Origin: Mobula hypostoma
Lineage: Eukaryota
DNA length: 64,000 bases
Assembly (NCBI RefSeq): GCF_963921235.1
Contig: NC_086097.1
Location: forward strand, 162,876,001-162,940,000
Direction: 5' to 3'
The notes below the pieces were generated by a model. It made no database searches. It was given only the letters and a program-made list of their open reading frames with translations, and had not been told where the DNA came from. A program made the position numbers and the translations under genes. Shown here one piece after another: positions 63,865 to 64,000 of this stretch (position 1 is its first letter; every line of letters begins with the position of its first letter).

Positions 63865-64000
63865 GGGAGGGGATCTCATTGAAATCTATCCAATGGTGTA
63901 AGGCCATAAATAGAGTTGATTTGTAGAGGATGTTTCCCATGGTGAGGAAGTCTAAGACCATAGGACACAGCCTCAAAATAGAGAGGTGTCCAGTTAGAAT
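63865..64000 (+). mobile_element. CR1 ORF2 C-terminal fragment running off the window
   Basis: RGDLIEIY...SKTIGHSLKIE remnant. Confidence 0.7.

Noticed and set aside
1..64000. CRISPR array, rRNA/tRNA genes or a prokaryotic defence system
   Set aside because: There is no repeat-spacer periodicity or operon structure. The tRNA-like pieces are SINE heads.

Overview
Vertebrate genomic DNA. The repeat content (CR1, Rex1/Babar, Penelope-like elements, V-SINEs) suggests a cartilaginous fish, which is an inference. The whole window lies inside a minus-strand laminin alpha-1 (LAMA1) gene. I traced 13 consecutive GT-AG exons (1781 nt, phases all compatible) covering the end of the L4b domain, the LE/EGF-like repeats and the start of the coiled coil. 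The introns are packed with nested transposons: a near full-length CR1 LINE, several Rex1/Babar LINEs, two Tigger/pogo deletion derivatives, hAT and Tc1/mariner MITEs, a solo LTR and V-SINEs. The most interesting signal is a Penelope-like (RT + GIY-YIG) family. Its terminal repeat carries a minimal hammerhead ribozyme motif (CUGACGA...GAAACGUC), and it has repeatedly inserted as inverted-arm, TSD-flanked units of 0.2 to 3.6 kb. Hammerheads in Penelope-like elements are known in general, so I claim no wholly new system. There is no CRISPR array or prokaryotic-type system. Boundaries of old repeats are approximate; exon, TSD and TIR coordinates were counted directly.
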